Shown here: piece by piece, positions 24,291 through 35,400 of the stretch
Position numbering within the stretch: the first letter of the stretch is position 1
Layout of the letters: every line of letters begins with the position of its first letter
IMG/VR virus record: IMGVR_UViG_3300028549_001513
DNA length: 64,000 nucleotides
Reading direction: 5' to 3' (one strand)
From: a virus
Notes under the pieces: model-generated
The model's input: the letters and a program-made list of their open reading frames with translations, nothing else
Database searches by the model: none
What the model was told of the DNA's origin: nothing
Made by a program: the position numbers and the translations under genes

Positions 24291-25268
24291 ATGTATAATA
24301 CTAATAATATTCTAAATAAAAAAGAGCCTGAAAAAATTGACAGAAACTATATATTAAAAAGAGTATCAGAACAAGATATTTTTACTAAATATGTAGGTGA
24401 TTTCAAATTAGGTAGTATTTACAATAGCCCATTGAGAAAGGACAAGAATCCATCCTTTGGAATATTTGTAAGTAATAAAACAGGCAATCTGCTGTATAAA
24501 GATTTAGCAGCAGATGAGTGCGGAGATGTATTTAAGTTTGTAAAAAAGCTTAAAGGATTAAGCACCTATGAAGAAACAATAAAAGAAATTATTTCCGATT
24601 TAAATATACTAAACATGGAAGCCCAAAAGCTTTCTAGTAATAGGAGATTAGTACAGACGGAATCGAAAATATCTATAACCAGAAAACCATTCACAAAGAT
24701 AGAGTTAGAGTATTGGCAACGATTTGCAGTGACAAAATCCATATTGGATTTGTTCAAGGTAAATTCTATCTCTAAGTTCTTTGTCAATGGGCTGCTAAAA
24801 GATACTTCGACAACAGAAAGACCAATGTTTGCATACAAAGTGTTTAATAAATTTAAAATATACAAACCGTTAGACCCAAAAACAACTAAATGGAGAGGAA
24901 ACTTATCTTATTTAGATATTCAAGGGTTCGAACAATTACCAGAGACTGGAGATTTGTTAGTAATAACAAAATCCCTAAAAGATGTCATGACGCTTTATTC
25001 CATGGGATATACAGCTGTCGCACCTTCTAGTGAAGGAATTATGATACCTCAGGTGGTAATAAATAACCTAAAATCAAGGTTTAAAAGGATTTTAATTTTT
25101 TATGATAGAGATAAGACAGGAATGACATTCGCTAGGAAATTATCCAAGACGTATTCATTGAATGGATTCTTTATTAATAAAAAACATAAAACCAAGGATA
25201 TAAGTGATTTTACTGCTAAGTATGGAATTAACAAATCCATAGAGCTAATGAAAGAGCTTTTACAATAA
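24291..25268 (+). CDS. DnaG/Toprim-type DNA primase with degenerate zinc-finger segment
   Basis: SPLRKDKNPSFGIF parallels DnaG CPFHxEKTPSFxV but lacks the Cys/His. Toprim-like LLVITKSLKDVMTL and FYDRDKTG (DxD). Confidence 0.65.
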   Translation: MYNTNNILNKKEPEKIDRNYILKRVSEQDIFTKYVGDFKLGSIYNSPLRKDKNPSFGIFVSNKTGNLLYKDLAADECGDVFKFVKKLKGLSTYEETIKEIISDLNILNMEAQKLSSNRRLVQTESKISITRKPFTKIELEYWQRFAVTKSILDLFKVNSISKFFVNGLLKDTSTTERPMFAYKVFNKFKIYKPLDPKTTKWRGNLSYLDIQGFEQLPETGDLLVITKSLKDVMTLYSMGYTAVAPSSEGIMIPQVVINNLKSRFKRILIFYDRDKTGMTFARKLSKTYSLNGFFINKKHKTKDISDFTAKYGINKSIELMKELLQ

Positions 25269-25413
25269 CTAAACAAATTCGCGTGGAACTCAAAATATAT
25301 ATTATACTAGATGACTGCTACAGGGCAAGACCAGTTATGCGAATATTGTTGAGTTTAGTTTATGGGGCAAAGGGAGTGAATTCCCTAGCTCTTCAATTTT
25401 TAAAAATATCAAT

Positions 25414-26283
25414 ATGAATTTCAAAAAAATTAATCCAACAATGATGGTTGGTATGAGCAAGATAAGTAAATTAAAAGAGGGTCAAGCCTTGCTTATCAAA
25501 GAAATAAAAACAGGAGTACCATGCCTAATTGTGAACGGATTAGTTTGTGATATCAATGGTATACCATTCCCAAATAGCGACTTCCAGGAGGCGTTATCTT
25601 CAATTTCAGAAAGAGTAAAGGTGTGCAAAGCGATAGTAACTGGCAAAATAGTAAGAAGGTATTCTAGCTATGAGCAAGATGGAGGAGATCCATTTAACTA
25701 TGAATTTGCGTCTGCACTTAAAAGAACAGCTGGAAGCGCAAGAACTTTTGATAATTTCAAAATAATTGCAGAGGATATGTTTCTCACATTAAGCGAGAAT
25801 ACAGGAGCAATTCATAGAATGAACATGATGAATGGAATGATAGTTGGAGTAAAGGCAGTTGATCCGACGTGCCCAATAGAAGTAACAAGAGTATTGCACA
25901 TGGACGCTTCTACCAACAAAGAGATATTAAACTTCGCAGAGATAGCAGCAAAGGCCGCTAGCATGATAGAAATACATGACTCAATGGCGAAGTACAAAGA
26001 ACAAAACAAATCAGTAATTATAGATTTACTTGAATTAATGACTGGAAAGGTTGAATCAGTAAAGAAAATAAAAACAATGGGATTTGGAGAGATCAAGGCT
26101 TCGGAAAAGATAGAATTTATTCAAGTTTCATGTAACAATGAGACAGTAAAAATATCTTACCACGCAAAAAAATATTCAGCGTCACAAAAAACATTATCGC
26201 TAATCGAAGAAAAGTCAATTGACTCTATTTTATTTAGAGCGGCAATGATAGACGGAAAAATAAAATACGCAAGAACACTATGA
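25414..26283 (+). CDS. hypothetical protein (289 aa)
   Basis: ORF track. Confidence 0.7.
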   Translation: MNFKKINPTMMVGMSKISKLKEGQALLIKEIKTGVPCLIVNGLVCDINGIPFPNSDFQEALSSISERVKVCKAIVTGKIVRRYSSYEQDGGDPFNYEFASALKRTAGSARTFDNFKIIAEDMFLTLSENTGAIHRMNMMNGMIVGVKAVDPTCPIEVTRVLHMDASTNKEILNFAEIAAKAASMIEIHDSMAKYKEQNKSVIIDLLELMTGKVESVKKIKTMGFGEIKASEKIEFIQVSCNNETVKISYHAKKYSASQKTLSLIEEKSIDSILFRAAMIDGKIKYARTL

Positions 26284-28919
26284 TAAAAGAGGTGGAGAAC
26301 AAAGATTCAGAGCAAATAGTATCAACATTATCAGACGAGAAAATATCAAAAATAATATCAGACGCAATAACTGGACACACCTTGAGAACATTATCGTTTT
26401 GTAGTGCAGGAATAGCGATTTATCCAGAATATAAACATTTATTCGAAGTAGTAAATGCTAGTATGAAAAAAATATTTCCAGAATTTGGAGATATAGTCTC
26501 TGGTTATTTTAAAGATAAATCGACTGAGATTAAGTCTATAAAAATAGACATGAATCAAAACTTAAAAGAATTAATAGAATCAGCAGAAGATTGTAAAATA
26601 AAAAGCGGGCTCATTAATTCACAAAAAATACAAAGCAGGATAGTAAAAGCAGGAAATGTTAATTTTGCAAAGGCTATCTTTAATGACGAGTCTGGGAGGT
26701 ATGAATTCTATGGAGTAACAAAAGATTTTCTTAAAAAGAAATATGACGACTTTATAAGAGCATATCTGCTAAATAGATCATGGACATTATCCCAAGTCGC
26801 AAGAGAAATATATATCTCTGAGGACAAAGGGGAGATTAGATTTTTAAGTAGATTTTGCAGCGAGGTATCGAACAAATTAAATACATATCAAGTATATGAC
26901 CCAAATATATATGCGGTACTTGCAAGCGGAAGAAACATGAGTCCATTTATCGACAGAAAAGGATCTTTATTTCATATGATGTCAGATGAAAAATTGAAAA
27001 AACAATTTATAAAAACTATATTGATTAATGGTACAGTAAAGTTACAATCATACTCAATATCTTCAATTATAAATTCAATAATAACAACACAGGAATTTGA
27101 CGCAGATAGGCTATATGCCCATTCTAGAATTGAAAAAGTTCAAAGCGTAAACCCAATATCTGGATTCGTATCTGAAAAGAACACTAGAATCCCAAAAAAA
27201 GAATCAAAGCTTACTCAGGAAGAAATTGATGTTCTAGCTGAAAATGTTAGACTAAATAACAAATTCTTTGAAAGTATAGCACACAAGATACTTGAAAAGG
27301 AATTAAAAGCAAAAGAATTGGCAACCCCCTCCATTAAATTGGTAGAGGGAAGTGATATTATTGCTTATTATAATATCTCTTCATACAAAAAAGTAGCTGG
27401 AGTAAGTAGGGAAACAGGTGAATGGAATCCATTTTCTGGTGCAACGCCAGGAGGAACTTTATATAATTCTTGCATGCGACACCCGCAAAACAAATTAAAT
27501 ATAAAATTCTATGCAGCTAATAAAGATTTAGTAAGCTTAATGATATGTACAGATGGACATGGAAAGAAGATCACTGCGAGGGCTATCGTATGGAAAGACA
27601 AAGAAAATAATCTATTCTATGTTGATAGAATATTTTCTAGCTCAGAAAAAGCATTGATGCAAATGGTTAATTTCGTGAAAGCGAATGATAATTATTTTTT
27701 TATAAATTCATCAGGCTTATCAAATTCTAGCATAGCTGGGAAAATGAATGAAACGTTCCTAATAAAATTCAATGGAGTTAATCAAACAACGACTACTCCA
27801 TATTTTGATACTATGCGAAACAACGCATATATAAAAGATAATGAATTATATATAGGGAGACACACCTCTTCGTCACTTCCATTAAAAACGGAATTGATGG
27901 TAAAAGGCAAGATATACGATACAAATAAAAGTTTTTATCTTATACCTAAAGTAGATCTTTCAAAGACTCCATTAAGCAATACAGAGATATGTCCAGCGTG
28001 TGGGTATGCGCTAGATCAAAAATTCGTAATAGTAAATGGGAGGAGAATATGTAAAAGACATATGACTGTCGATACAAATGGAGACGCATACATTTACACT
28101 GCAGAAAAAATAATACCTACAGACGGAAAGAAAAATGTTGGAAAGTTCCTATATTCTGGAATTTTATCTGACAGAGGAGACGAAAAAATGTTATTTGAGC
28201 CTAACGATATAACTAGACTCCCAAATGATACTAGAATAATAACAAATGTTATGCGAATCTTTGAAAAGCATAGCAAGTGGAGTTACGAAGACGCTAGAAA
28301 AATAGAGGTAGAAGCAAAGTTGAAAGAAATTGAATCATTTTCAACAAATTCGCTATTTCAATCAAATACCAGATCGGATGTAGGTAAATTAAGCTCATTT
28401 CAGTACGAAAGACCGTCATATGATAACAAATCTATTAAATTGATGCATGTTGGTGGGTCTAGTATAGTAATTCCAGTCAATCCAACAAAAAATGAAATTC
28501 TATTTTTAAGAGAAGTCTTGAAGTTGGAAATTCTGTCATCAAGAAGCACTACGGATGTAGAGTTAGTTAAAGGAGCAAAAGAAAAAATAGTAAACTTGAT
28601 TTCCGCTGGAAAGAGAGAAGGAAAACTAAGCGATCCATATTGCTCGGCTACTGGAAAGTATTCTGACGTAAAAAAAATAATGGAATTGACAAAGAAAATA
28701 ACACTCAGGTCAATGCCAAGAAGTTTTTCATATGGAATGAATCCAGTAACAAAAATAATGGAAAATGGAAACGTGAAGCCAATATTTTTATTAAGCGTAA
28801 ACTTGTACGATGACATGGAAATTCTCCATACAGCGTATATAAACTCGGAATTAGTAGAACTGACAAAAGAAGAAAAAGAGAATATAGAATCGATAATGGT
28901 CAAAAATAAATTAGCATGA
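26280..28919 (+). CDS. large hypothetical protein (879 aa) with an internal CxxC..CxxH zinc-ribbon-like segment
   Basis: ORF track. CPACGYALDQKFVIVNGRRICKRH. No polymerase motifs recognised. Confidence 0.8.
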   Translation: MIKEVENKDSEQIVSTLSDEKISKIISDAITGHTLRTLSFCSAGIAIYPEYKHLFEVVNASMKKIFPEFGDIVSGYFKDKSTEIKSIKIDMNQNLKELIESAEDCKIKSGLINSQKIQSRIVKAGNVNFAKAIFNDESGRYEFYGVTKDFLKKKYDDFIRAYLLNRSWTLSQVAREIYISEDKGEIRFLSRFCSEVSNKLNTYQVYDPNIYAVLASGRNMSPFIDRKGSLFHMMSDEKLKKQFIKTILINGTVKLQSYSISSIINSIITTQEFDADRLYAHSRIEKVQSVNPISGFVSEKNTRIPKKESKLTQEEIDVLAENVRLNNKFFESIAHKILEKELKAKELATPSIKLVEGSDIIAYYNISSYKKVAGVSRETGEWNPFSGATPGGTLYNSCMRHPQNKLNIKFYAANKDLVSLMICTDGHGKKITARAIVWKDKENNLFYVDRIFSSSEKALMQMVNFVKANDNYFFINSSGLSNSSIAGKMNETFLIKFNGVNQTTTTPYFDTMRNNAYIKDNELYIGRHTSSSLPLKTELMVKGKIYDTNKSFYLIPKVDLSKTPLSNTEICPACGYALDQKFVIVNGRRICKRHMTVDTNGDAYIYTAEKIIPTDGKKNVGKFLYSGILSDRGDEKMLFEPNDITRLPNDTRIITNVMRIFEKHSKWSYEDARKIEVEAKLKEIESFSTNSLFQSNTRSDVGKLSSFQYERPSYDNKSIKLMHVGGSSIVIPVNPTKNEILFLREVLKLEILSSRSTTDVELVKGAKEKIVNLISAGKREGKLSDPYCSATGKYSDVKKIMELTKKITLRSMPRSFSYGMNPVTKIMENGNVKPIFLLSVNLYDDMEILHTAYINSELVELTKEEKENIESIMVKNKLA

Positions 28920-30157
28920 TAGATAAAAAATTGCTTATGGATCTAGTATCCATACAGTCTTCTCATACAGAGGATACTGACATAAATAACTACATAGTTA
29001 ATAAGTTGAAGACAATTGACGGAGTAACTACAGAACTAGATTCTTTTGGAAATATCTATGCAACAAAAGGAGAGGGAAAGAATGGATACAAATGCATTGT
29101 ATCTCACACTGACACTGTTCATAGCATAAGAGAAGGTAGAAAGGTGTATATACAAGATGGAATAATGTTTACAATGGCGAAGAGCAACTCAGCATATGGG
29201 CCTAAGCTATCTCAAGCAGGAACAGGGGGGGATGATAAGTGCGGTGTATATGCGTGTTTAAAAGCAATAGAACTAAGAGACGACGTAAAAGCCGTATTCT
29301 TTAGATTCGAAGAGTCGGGTTGTAGGGGATCTAATCAATCCAATATAAAATACTTTGATGACTGTAACTTTGTAATTCAGTGTGATAGAAGAGGAGGATA
29401 TGATTTCATAACACATACAAATGGAATACAGGTCGCAAGCAAGGACTTCGAAGATGCAATGCTTGGAATTGGAGAAAAATATTCATTCAAGAAAGTAATG
29501 GGAGTTTCTACTGACGTAGGAGCGCTAAAGAAGAATGGATTGAATGTTTCTGCATGTAATCTATCTTGTGGATACTATGACCCACATACCATGAATGAAA
29601 CAATAGTATTATCTGAATTAGATAATACATTTGACTTTGTCCTTGATATGTTTGATTCATACGGAGAAACAAGATTTGAGCATAAATACGAAAAGCCAGT
29701 ACAATCAGTATTTAATTTTACTAGCTTTAGAAAGCCAAAAGGGAAGGGATCAAAGAAATTCACAAATTCTGCCTTTTCTAATTTCTTTACAAACCAACTA
29801 AATGAAAACATTATAGATATTGAAATACTAGAATCTTCAAAGTTTGTTCAAATAGGTAACACTAAAATGCACAAAATAGTTGGAGATGATATTTTATTTC
29901 TAGATGATGAAACATGCCCAGTATGTGGAGGTTCGGATTCTATAATCTTTGCAGCGTGTGACGGTAAATTTTACTGCTCAGACATGAAGCACAATGACTT
30001 CATTGAAGATGGAGATGTTTATAAACTATGTATAATAGAGGACGCTGATTCTCTATATATGTATGACAGAATAAACGACGTATGGATTAAAGAAGAAGAC
30101 GCAGCATGGGATATTGCAAAATACACCTATGTCTTGAAATCTTCATTAGTCTATTAA
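28916..30157 (+). CDS. M20/M28/M42-like metallopeptidase-fold protein with C-terminal zinc ribbon
   Basis: SHTDTVH, GGDDKCG and RFEESGCRG follow the HxD / D / EE metal-ligand order. C-terminal CPVCGG...CDGKFYC. Confidence 0.5.
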   Translation: MIDKKLLMDLVSIQSSHTEDTDINNYIVNKLKTIDGVTTELDSFGNIYATKGEGKNGYKCIVSHTDTVHSIREGRKVYIQDGIMFTMAKSNSAYGPKLSQAGTGGDDKCGVYACLKAIELRDDVKAVFFRFEESGCRGSNQSNIKYFDDCNFVIQCDRRGGYDFITHTNGIQVASKDFEDAMLGIGEKYSFKKVMGVSTDVGALKKNGLNVSACNLSCGYYDPHTMNETIVLSELDNTFDFVLDMFDSYGETRFEHKYEKPVQSVFNFTSFRKPKGKGSKKFTNSAFSNFFTNQLNENIIDIEILESSKFVQIGNTKMHKIVGDDILFLDDETCPVCGGSDSIIFAACDGKFYCSDMKHNDFIEDGDVYKLCIIEDADSLYMYDRINDVWIKEEDAAWDIAKYTYVLKSSLVY

Positions 30158-30469
30158 ATAAAAAAGGCTAGCCAGATTGAACCCTAACTAGCCTACTAAT
30201 ACTTTCATGAGCAAAAAGTATTTTTGAGGGTGCTCATATAATAAAAAATTCTGATATACCATACATGAAGTAAGTCGAGTGCAATACATTCTTAGGAATA
30301 ATAATGCGAGTGTCTGAACGAAAGTATAAGGAACAAAAGAAGTGATAGAACACGAAAAGGAGATAAAGGATTTGAATTCGAAACAATATTTGTTAGAAGG
30401 GAACTCGGAATAAGGACAAATACGCAGGTGCTTCATTTTTTATTATATTTTACATTTTAAAATAACAAC

Positions 30470-30835
30470 ATGAACGATAATACGTTTAAAATAGAAGATT
30501 TTATTGAATTCGTAAAGGAATACTCATATAAGGATAAGGATCCGTTATTTTCCATGAATGCAACAGTTGGAGAGTTAGGTGAATTAGCAAACGTAATAAA
30601 AAAGAAAGAGTACTTTGAGCATTTTGAAGAATACAAAAAACAAGTATTTATAGATATATCAAAGGGGAAAAGAGTTGATTTTGACACACAGATGAATGAT
30701 GAAATGGGAGATACTTTATTTTACCTATTTCAACTAATGACGGCGCTTGGACTTAATATACAATCAGTATGTAAGGCTCAAATGGATAAAATAGAAAATC
30801 AATCTAAAGAACTCGATAGAAAATTTATTAAGTAA
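30470..30835 (+). CDS. mazG: MazG-like nucleotide pyrophosphohydrolase
   Basis: VGELGELANVIKK and DEMGDTLFYLFQL match the MazG EExGE and ExxD helices. About 120 aa. Confidence 0.75.
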   Translation: MNDNTFKIEDFIEFVKEYSYKDKDPLFSMNATVGELGELANVIKKKEYFEHFEEYKKQVFIDISKGKRVDFDTQMNDEMGDTLFYLFQLMTALGLNIQSVCKAQMDKIENQSKELDRKFIK

Positions 30836-31842
30836 TGGATATTAAAATACCATATTACGACGATAATACAAGGATATCTAACTCCAGTTTAAATTGGTTT
30901 AGGATATCACCCAAATACTTTAGAGAAAAACTAGATGGGAAAATTGCAAACGATTCAAGCTCTGCAATGGACAATGGAACTATGCGTCATTCATACCTAT
31001 TACAGCAGAATGAATTTAAGAAATTATACAAGATATTGGACTTCTCAATACCAACCTCAGCCCAACAGAAGCAATTCTGTTTAGATTACATAAATAGCAA
31101 GCTAGATAAGCCCATTTTAAAGGCTTCTGAGGCATTCAAATCTAATTATAGTACAAAGGGATCAACTGAAGAGGATATTGCCGCAAAAGGGCTAGAAATG
31201 GCCTTAAAGCTTAAGTCTTATATCAAGTGGCTGAGAACAAAAGATTCAGAGACAAAAACAATGACTTGGAGTCAATTTTCTTCGCTAAAAATAATGAAAG
31301 AAAATGTTAAGCTACATAAAAAGGCTAATGAACTAGTATTAACAGAAAAGAATTCACCAGAGTATATAACTCAAAATGAATTCCATATTAACTGGGAGTT
31401 TCCTATTAAAACTGGAGATAAGCAGAGAGTAGTTTCATGCAAATCATTGCTAGATAGACTTGAAATAGACCACGAGAATAAAATAGTAAAACTAATTGAT
31501 ATTAAAACAACAATAAGTTTAAGTAAATTCGGAAAATCTTTCGAAGAATATAACTATGGACAGCAAATGGCTTATTACTGGATGGCTATCTATTGGTATT
31601 TTGCAAACGAACTAAAGGTAGATATTGGAGAATACGAGCACCAAACTTATATAGTCGCTATCGAAAACGGAAGCAATGAGGTAAGAGTATTTGATGTTCC
31701 TGATGAAACAATAATAGCGAAATCAGAAGAAATAAAACAAATCCTAACAAACATAGATTGGCATATTGAGCACAACCTGTGGGATTTTACAAAAGAGTAT
31801 TATGAAGGTGATGGTGTAGAATCATTACTTTATGATATTTAA
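30835..31842 (+). CDS. PD-(D/E)XK (RecB/Cas4-like) nuclease
   Basis: LLDRLEID....VKLIDIKT (D...D/ExK) followed by QMAYY (QxxxY). Confidence 0.6.
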   Translation: MDIKIPYYDDNTRISNSSLNWFRISPKYFREKLDGKIANDSSSAMDNGTMRHSYLLQQNEFKKLYKILDFSIPTSAQQKQFCLDYINSKLDKPILKASEAFKSNYSTKGSTEEDIAAKGLEMALKLKSYIKWLRTKDSETKTMTWSQFSSLKIMKENVKLHKKANELVLTEKNSPEYITQNEFHINWEFPIKTGDKQRVVSCKSLLDRLEIDHENKIVKLIDIKTTISLSKFGKSFEEYNYGQQMAYYWMAIYWYFANELKVDIGEYEHQTYIVAIENGSNEVRVFDVPDETIIAKSEEIKQILTNIDWHIEHNLWDFTKEYYEGDGVESLLYDI

Positions 31843-32377
31843 AGAAAAAAATAATTTATCGTTATTATTTCTGTTTCCATTGTTAAATTCAAAAAATATT
31901 TTAGATATTTATTTTGGATCAACATTGTTTGAATTAGGAAGAGATGAAGCATTTATAAATGGATATATTTCAGATATAAATAGGCCTCACTTATATAGAA
32001 ATCTATTTTTATTATTTGAAGCCAAAAGGGCTAGAAGTATAAATTACGATGCGTTAGAGAAAATTACTGAGTTTGCTGGAAAAAAGAATATACGAATAGA
32101 TGGGAAATTTTATGTCTTATTTATATACGAGATACAGCCAGACAAGGAAAGAGATTTTGAATTAATAAAAAACGGACACTATTCAAAAATATCTGAAGAT
32201 TCTAAAAGCAAAATAATCGAAAAATGGAAACTATCGAAATCCTCAAAATTATATAATTCATTGATTGCAAAAGACAAAGAACTATTTGAAAAAATAGAAG
32301 ACGAGTTTATTGCAGAAGAGGATTATATAGAGGACATTACTGATCAATTGTTCGGACATAGTAACGAATTAGAATAA
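31832..32377 (+). CDS. hypothetical protein (181 aa)
   Basis: ORF track. Last gene of the plus-strand arm. Confidence 0.65.
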   Translation: MIFKEKNNLSLLFLFPLLNSKNILDIYFGSTLFELGRDEAFINGYISDINRPHLYRNLFLLFEAKRARSINYDALEKITEFAGKKNIRIDGKFYVLFIYEIQPDKERDFELIKNGHYSKISEDSKSKIIEKWKLSKSSKLYNSLIAKDKELFEKIEDEFIAEEDYIEDITDQLFGHSNELE

Positions 32378-32384
32378 CGAAAAA

Positions 32385-32422
32385 AGCGCTGTAAATCGAG
32401 ACTATCGACTACAGCGCTTTTT
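32385..32422. terminator. bidirectional intrinsic terminator at the convergent junction
   Basis: AGCGCTGTA(32385-32393)/TACAGCGCT(32410-32418) 9-bp perfect stem, with an A6 run upstream and a T5 run downstream. Confidence 0.75.
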
Positions 32423-32461
32423 GATTATAACTAGACAATTTATTTAAATGAACAGCAAAAA

Positions 32462-35400
32462 TTATTTTTCTTCTGTATTCTCATCATCTTGTGTTTCCAT
32501 TGGAAGAATTTGATCCAAGTCTTCTTCGAACTGTTCAAAGATTGTTGGCCCAGAGTGTTCGTCTATAGATTCGTCTTCGTATTCAGAGTCTTGTTTTGGA
32601 TACATTATTCCGTCTATTATTCTATACTGGAACCCAATATTAGTTTTTAGATACCTCTCCTTAGACTTTAAATCAGGTGAAATAAAATCTTCTTTTAAGT
32701 GAGTCCAATATGGAACGAGTTTTGATATGTTCCTGTATATTCTATATTGACCATCATATTTACCACCTTCTACGTATTCAAACGATCTTCCCTCTATAGC
32801 CTCAGTTGTTATATTTTTTAGAGATTCTAACTTGGTCTGTGCTGTGGTGGGACTCTTAAATTGACCCCATAAATCTGTAGGAGAGTATGGAGAAGAAAGC
32901 TCCATTACATTTCTAAGCATATATACGTATAATTCGTATGCGTTTCTTTTTAACCACGAATCATCATCGTCATCTCCTTCTGCAAAATTCCTAAGGAATG
33001 ATGTTAATGCAGACGATAATACTATCACGGTTAATTCTGATTTTACTCTATTGAAATTATACCTATTTGCCTGGTCTAATGGAGTCTCGTCTATCATATT
33101 ATTTAGACTTCCTCTAAGCCACAATCCCATCATTCTTAACGAATCCTTAATCTTGGTATTATATACCCCCCTAGATAGCCTTCTGTTCTCGTACGAGTAC
33201 ATTTCGCCATGGAATCTGTCTCCTATCATAGATAGTACGTAATTTCTGTGCATCATTATCAGATTACCTAATTCGCTTCTATGTAATGCTGTCTTTTCTC
33301 CTTTAGACAAAGTTCCATCTATTCTTGATGCAGCACCATCTATCTCCATGCTAATTCTAGCGATCAGATCTGATGTTATAGCGTCTTTATATTTGTCTGG
33401 AACAGATAATAAGCCGTCTTTATCGAACTTCAATTCAGTAGATAATGATTCTGGTATTGAGTCGAATACTTTTAGAGCGGTTTTTCTATCTTTATACTCT
33501 CCTTTAGTAAGTGCAATAAATTCTGCTCTTGATACAAATTTACCATTATATAATTTATTTGCTCTTAGCATAGCAGAAAGCATGGTCCCTTTTGTTAAAA
33601 AATCACCTAATTCGTATGGGCCATAACCAAACATATTAAAAACACCTTCTAGATAGTTTCTGCCTTTTATATTTTTTACTTGTGTGTCAGCCGCTACAGA
33701 AACTCCGAACAGTCTCATTGTGTTCAAAATATGACTCTTGTTTGGATTGGACGTCATTGAATAAAAACCAGTAGCAATTAATTTAGAGAAGAAATCAAAC
33801 CTAGCAGTCGCAAGGTTCTTTCTGTTCATTAACATTCCAGTCGCAGCCTCAGAATTTAAGTTCATCCATGATGAATATATATTAGCCTCTATTGACAATT
33901 TGTTCAAATATAGATTCGATGCCCTAAATGCCTTTAGTATACTTCCGCCTAACTTTGATAGAGTAAAGCTACTCTTCCCGGCTGAAAATGCAACCAAATC
34001 TTTATTTATATCATAAATTCCTTCATTTATTAACCTATCAGCCATTCTAAGAATATTAGCCTCGCCTTTCTTTTTCACTACAGCTCTGCTTAACTTCCCT
34101 ATAATGCTAGCGTCTGGAATTATCTCTGTATTTGCAAGGCCCTCTCTTATTAGATCTACGGTGGGCATTATTCTTGATTTATGCTTATACTCTATAGATC
34201 CTCTATAATAAGAGTAAAGAAGCTCTGGTAAATTAAGTGATATTGATGATGGATCATCCAACATGGCCCTGTGTCTTGTGGGGACATATTTTACGGTAGA
34301 TCTATCTATCTTGTGTTCTATTGTACTCATTTCGCCAAACACCTCATCCTGATCCTTTACTGAGAAAAAATCCTTAAATAACCTTTTAATGGTTTTCAGC
34401 CTATTGTCCGATGACATTATAGATCTAAGTGTGCTTCCTTCTTGTTGTGGAAGTCTATATTTTCCAGGTCTAGTTATATATGAATAAGTTTTATTTGAGT
34501 TAGCCAACATATCTAATGATAATTCATGCATATCCTTTAAATTAGGATTAGACATTACGTCAGAATATTCTTTCTTGTTATCGTATATTGATTTTTTTGG
34601 AACAACGCCGTCATCAGAAAGATTTACATCGTAATTCTTATTAAGAATTTTTGAATCACTAGATATTTCAGACCAAAATGAATTAGGTTGAATTGATATA
34701 TATGATTTATCTATTGGAACCATTTTCATGTAATAGGAATTTGGCACTCTATTCCCCTTTTTATCGGTGTGATGATTATCCTTAATCCACTGCATGTGCT
34801 CAGCTCTCATTTCTGCTGTATACCAAGGCTGTTTAGCCATTTCTTCTGCAGCAGCAACCTTCTGTCCATATGTATCTGTTGTAACAAACTCTGCTATGTC
34901 AAATATTTTTGATGAGCCCTTCTTCCTTGTCTTTCTAAGTATTATATCTATTTCATCTACTATAGACTTAACAGATCTTCCACCAGACATGGTATGCTCC
35001 ATTCTTTCGACATTAACATTCTGAGTATCACTATTTTTATAGAAGTCTACAATCGCATCCCTTCTTTCTTTTAAGTCTTTCCATTCCTTTGTTTGGTCGA
35101 CTTCTTCTAGATTCTTTAGCTTATCGTAAAACTTCTGAGATATTTCTACTCTAGTATTATCCCTCTTCCATATGTTAAATTCTGATTCAGTCATCTTGCC
35201 TGCCTCATACATAGAAGTTATCTCTGCAAGTCTTTCATTAAATGCCTTCTTATTGGATGTAAATCCTCTAAGGGCATTAACTTTGTCATTAAACTCCTTT
35301 ATTTCAGAGGCTATCAATATATCTGAGTCAGTCTTTAATTGACCAGATATAGTATATTTACTAGATAGATTTTTCTTGAATTTATAGGCATCTCTAAGAA

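Noticed and set aside
3434-30687. Minus-strand ORFs overlapping plus-strand genes, e.g. 3434..3631, 7064..7354, 19341..19715, 19753..20160, 25812..26096, 28400..28903 and 30457..30687.
   Set aside because: They are antisense to better-supported genes that have recognisable motifs or tight operon spacing. Their composition is shadow-like.
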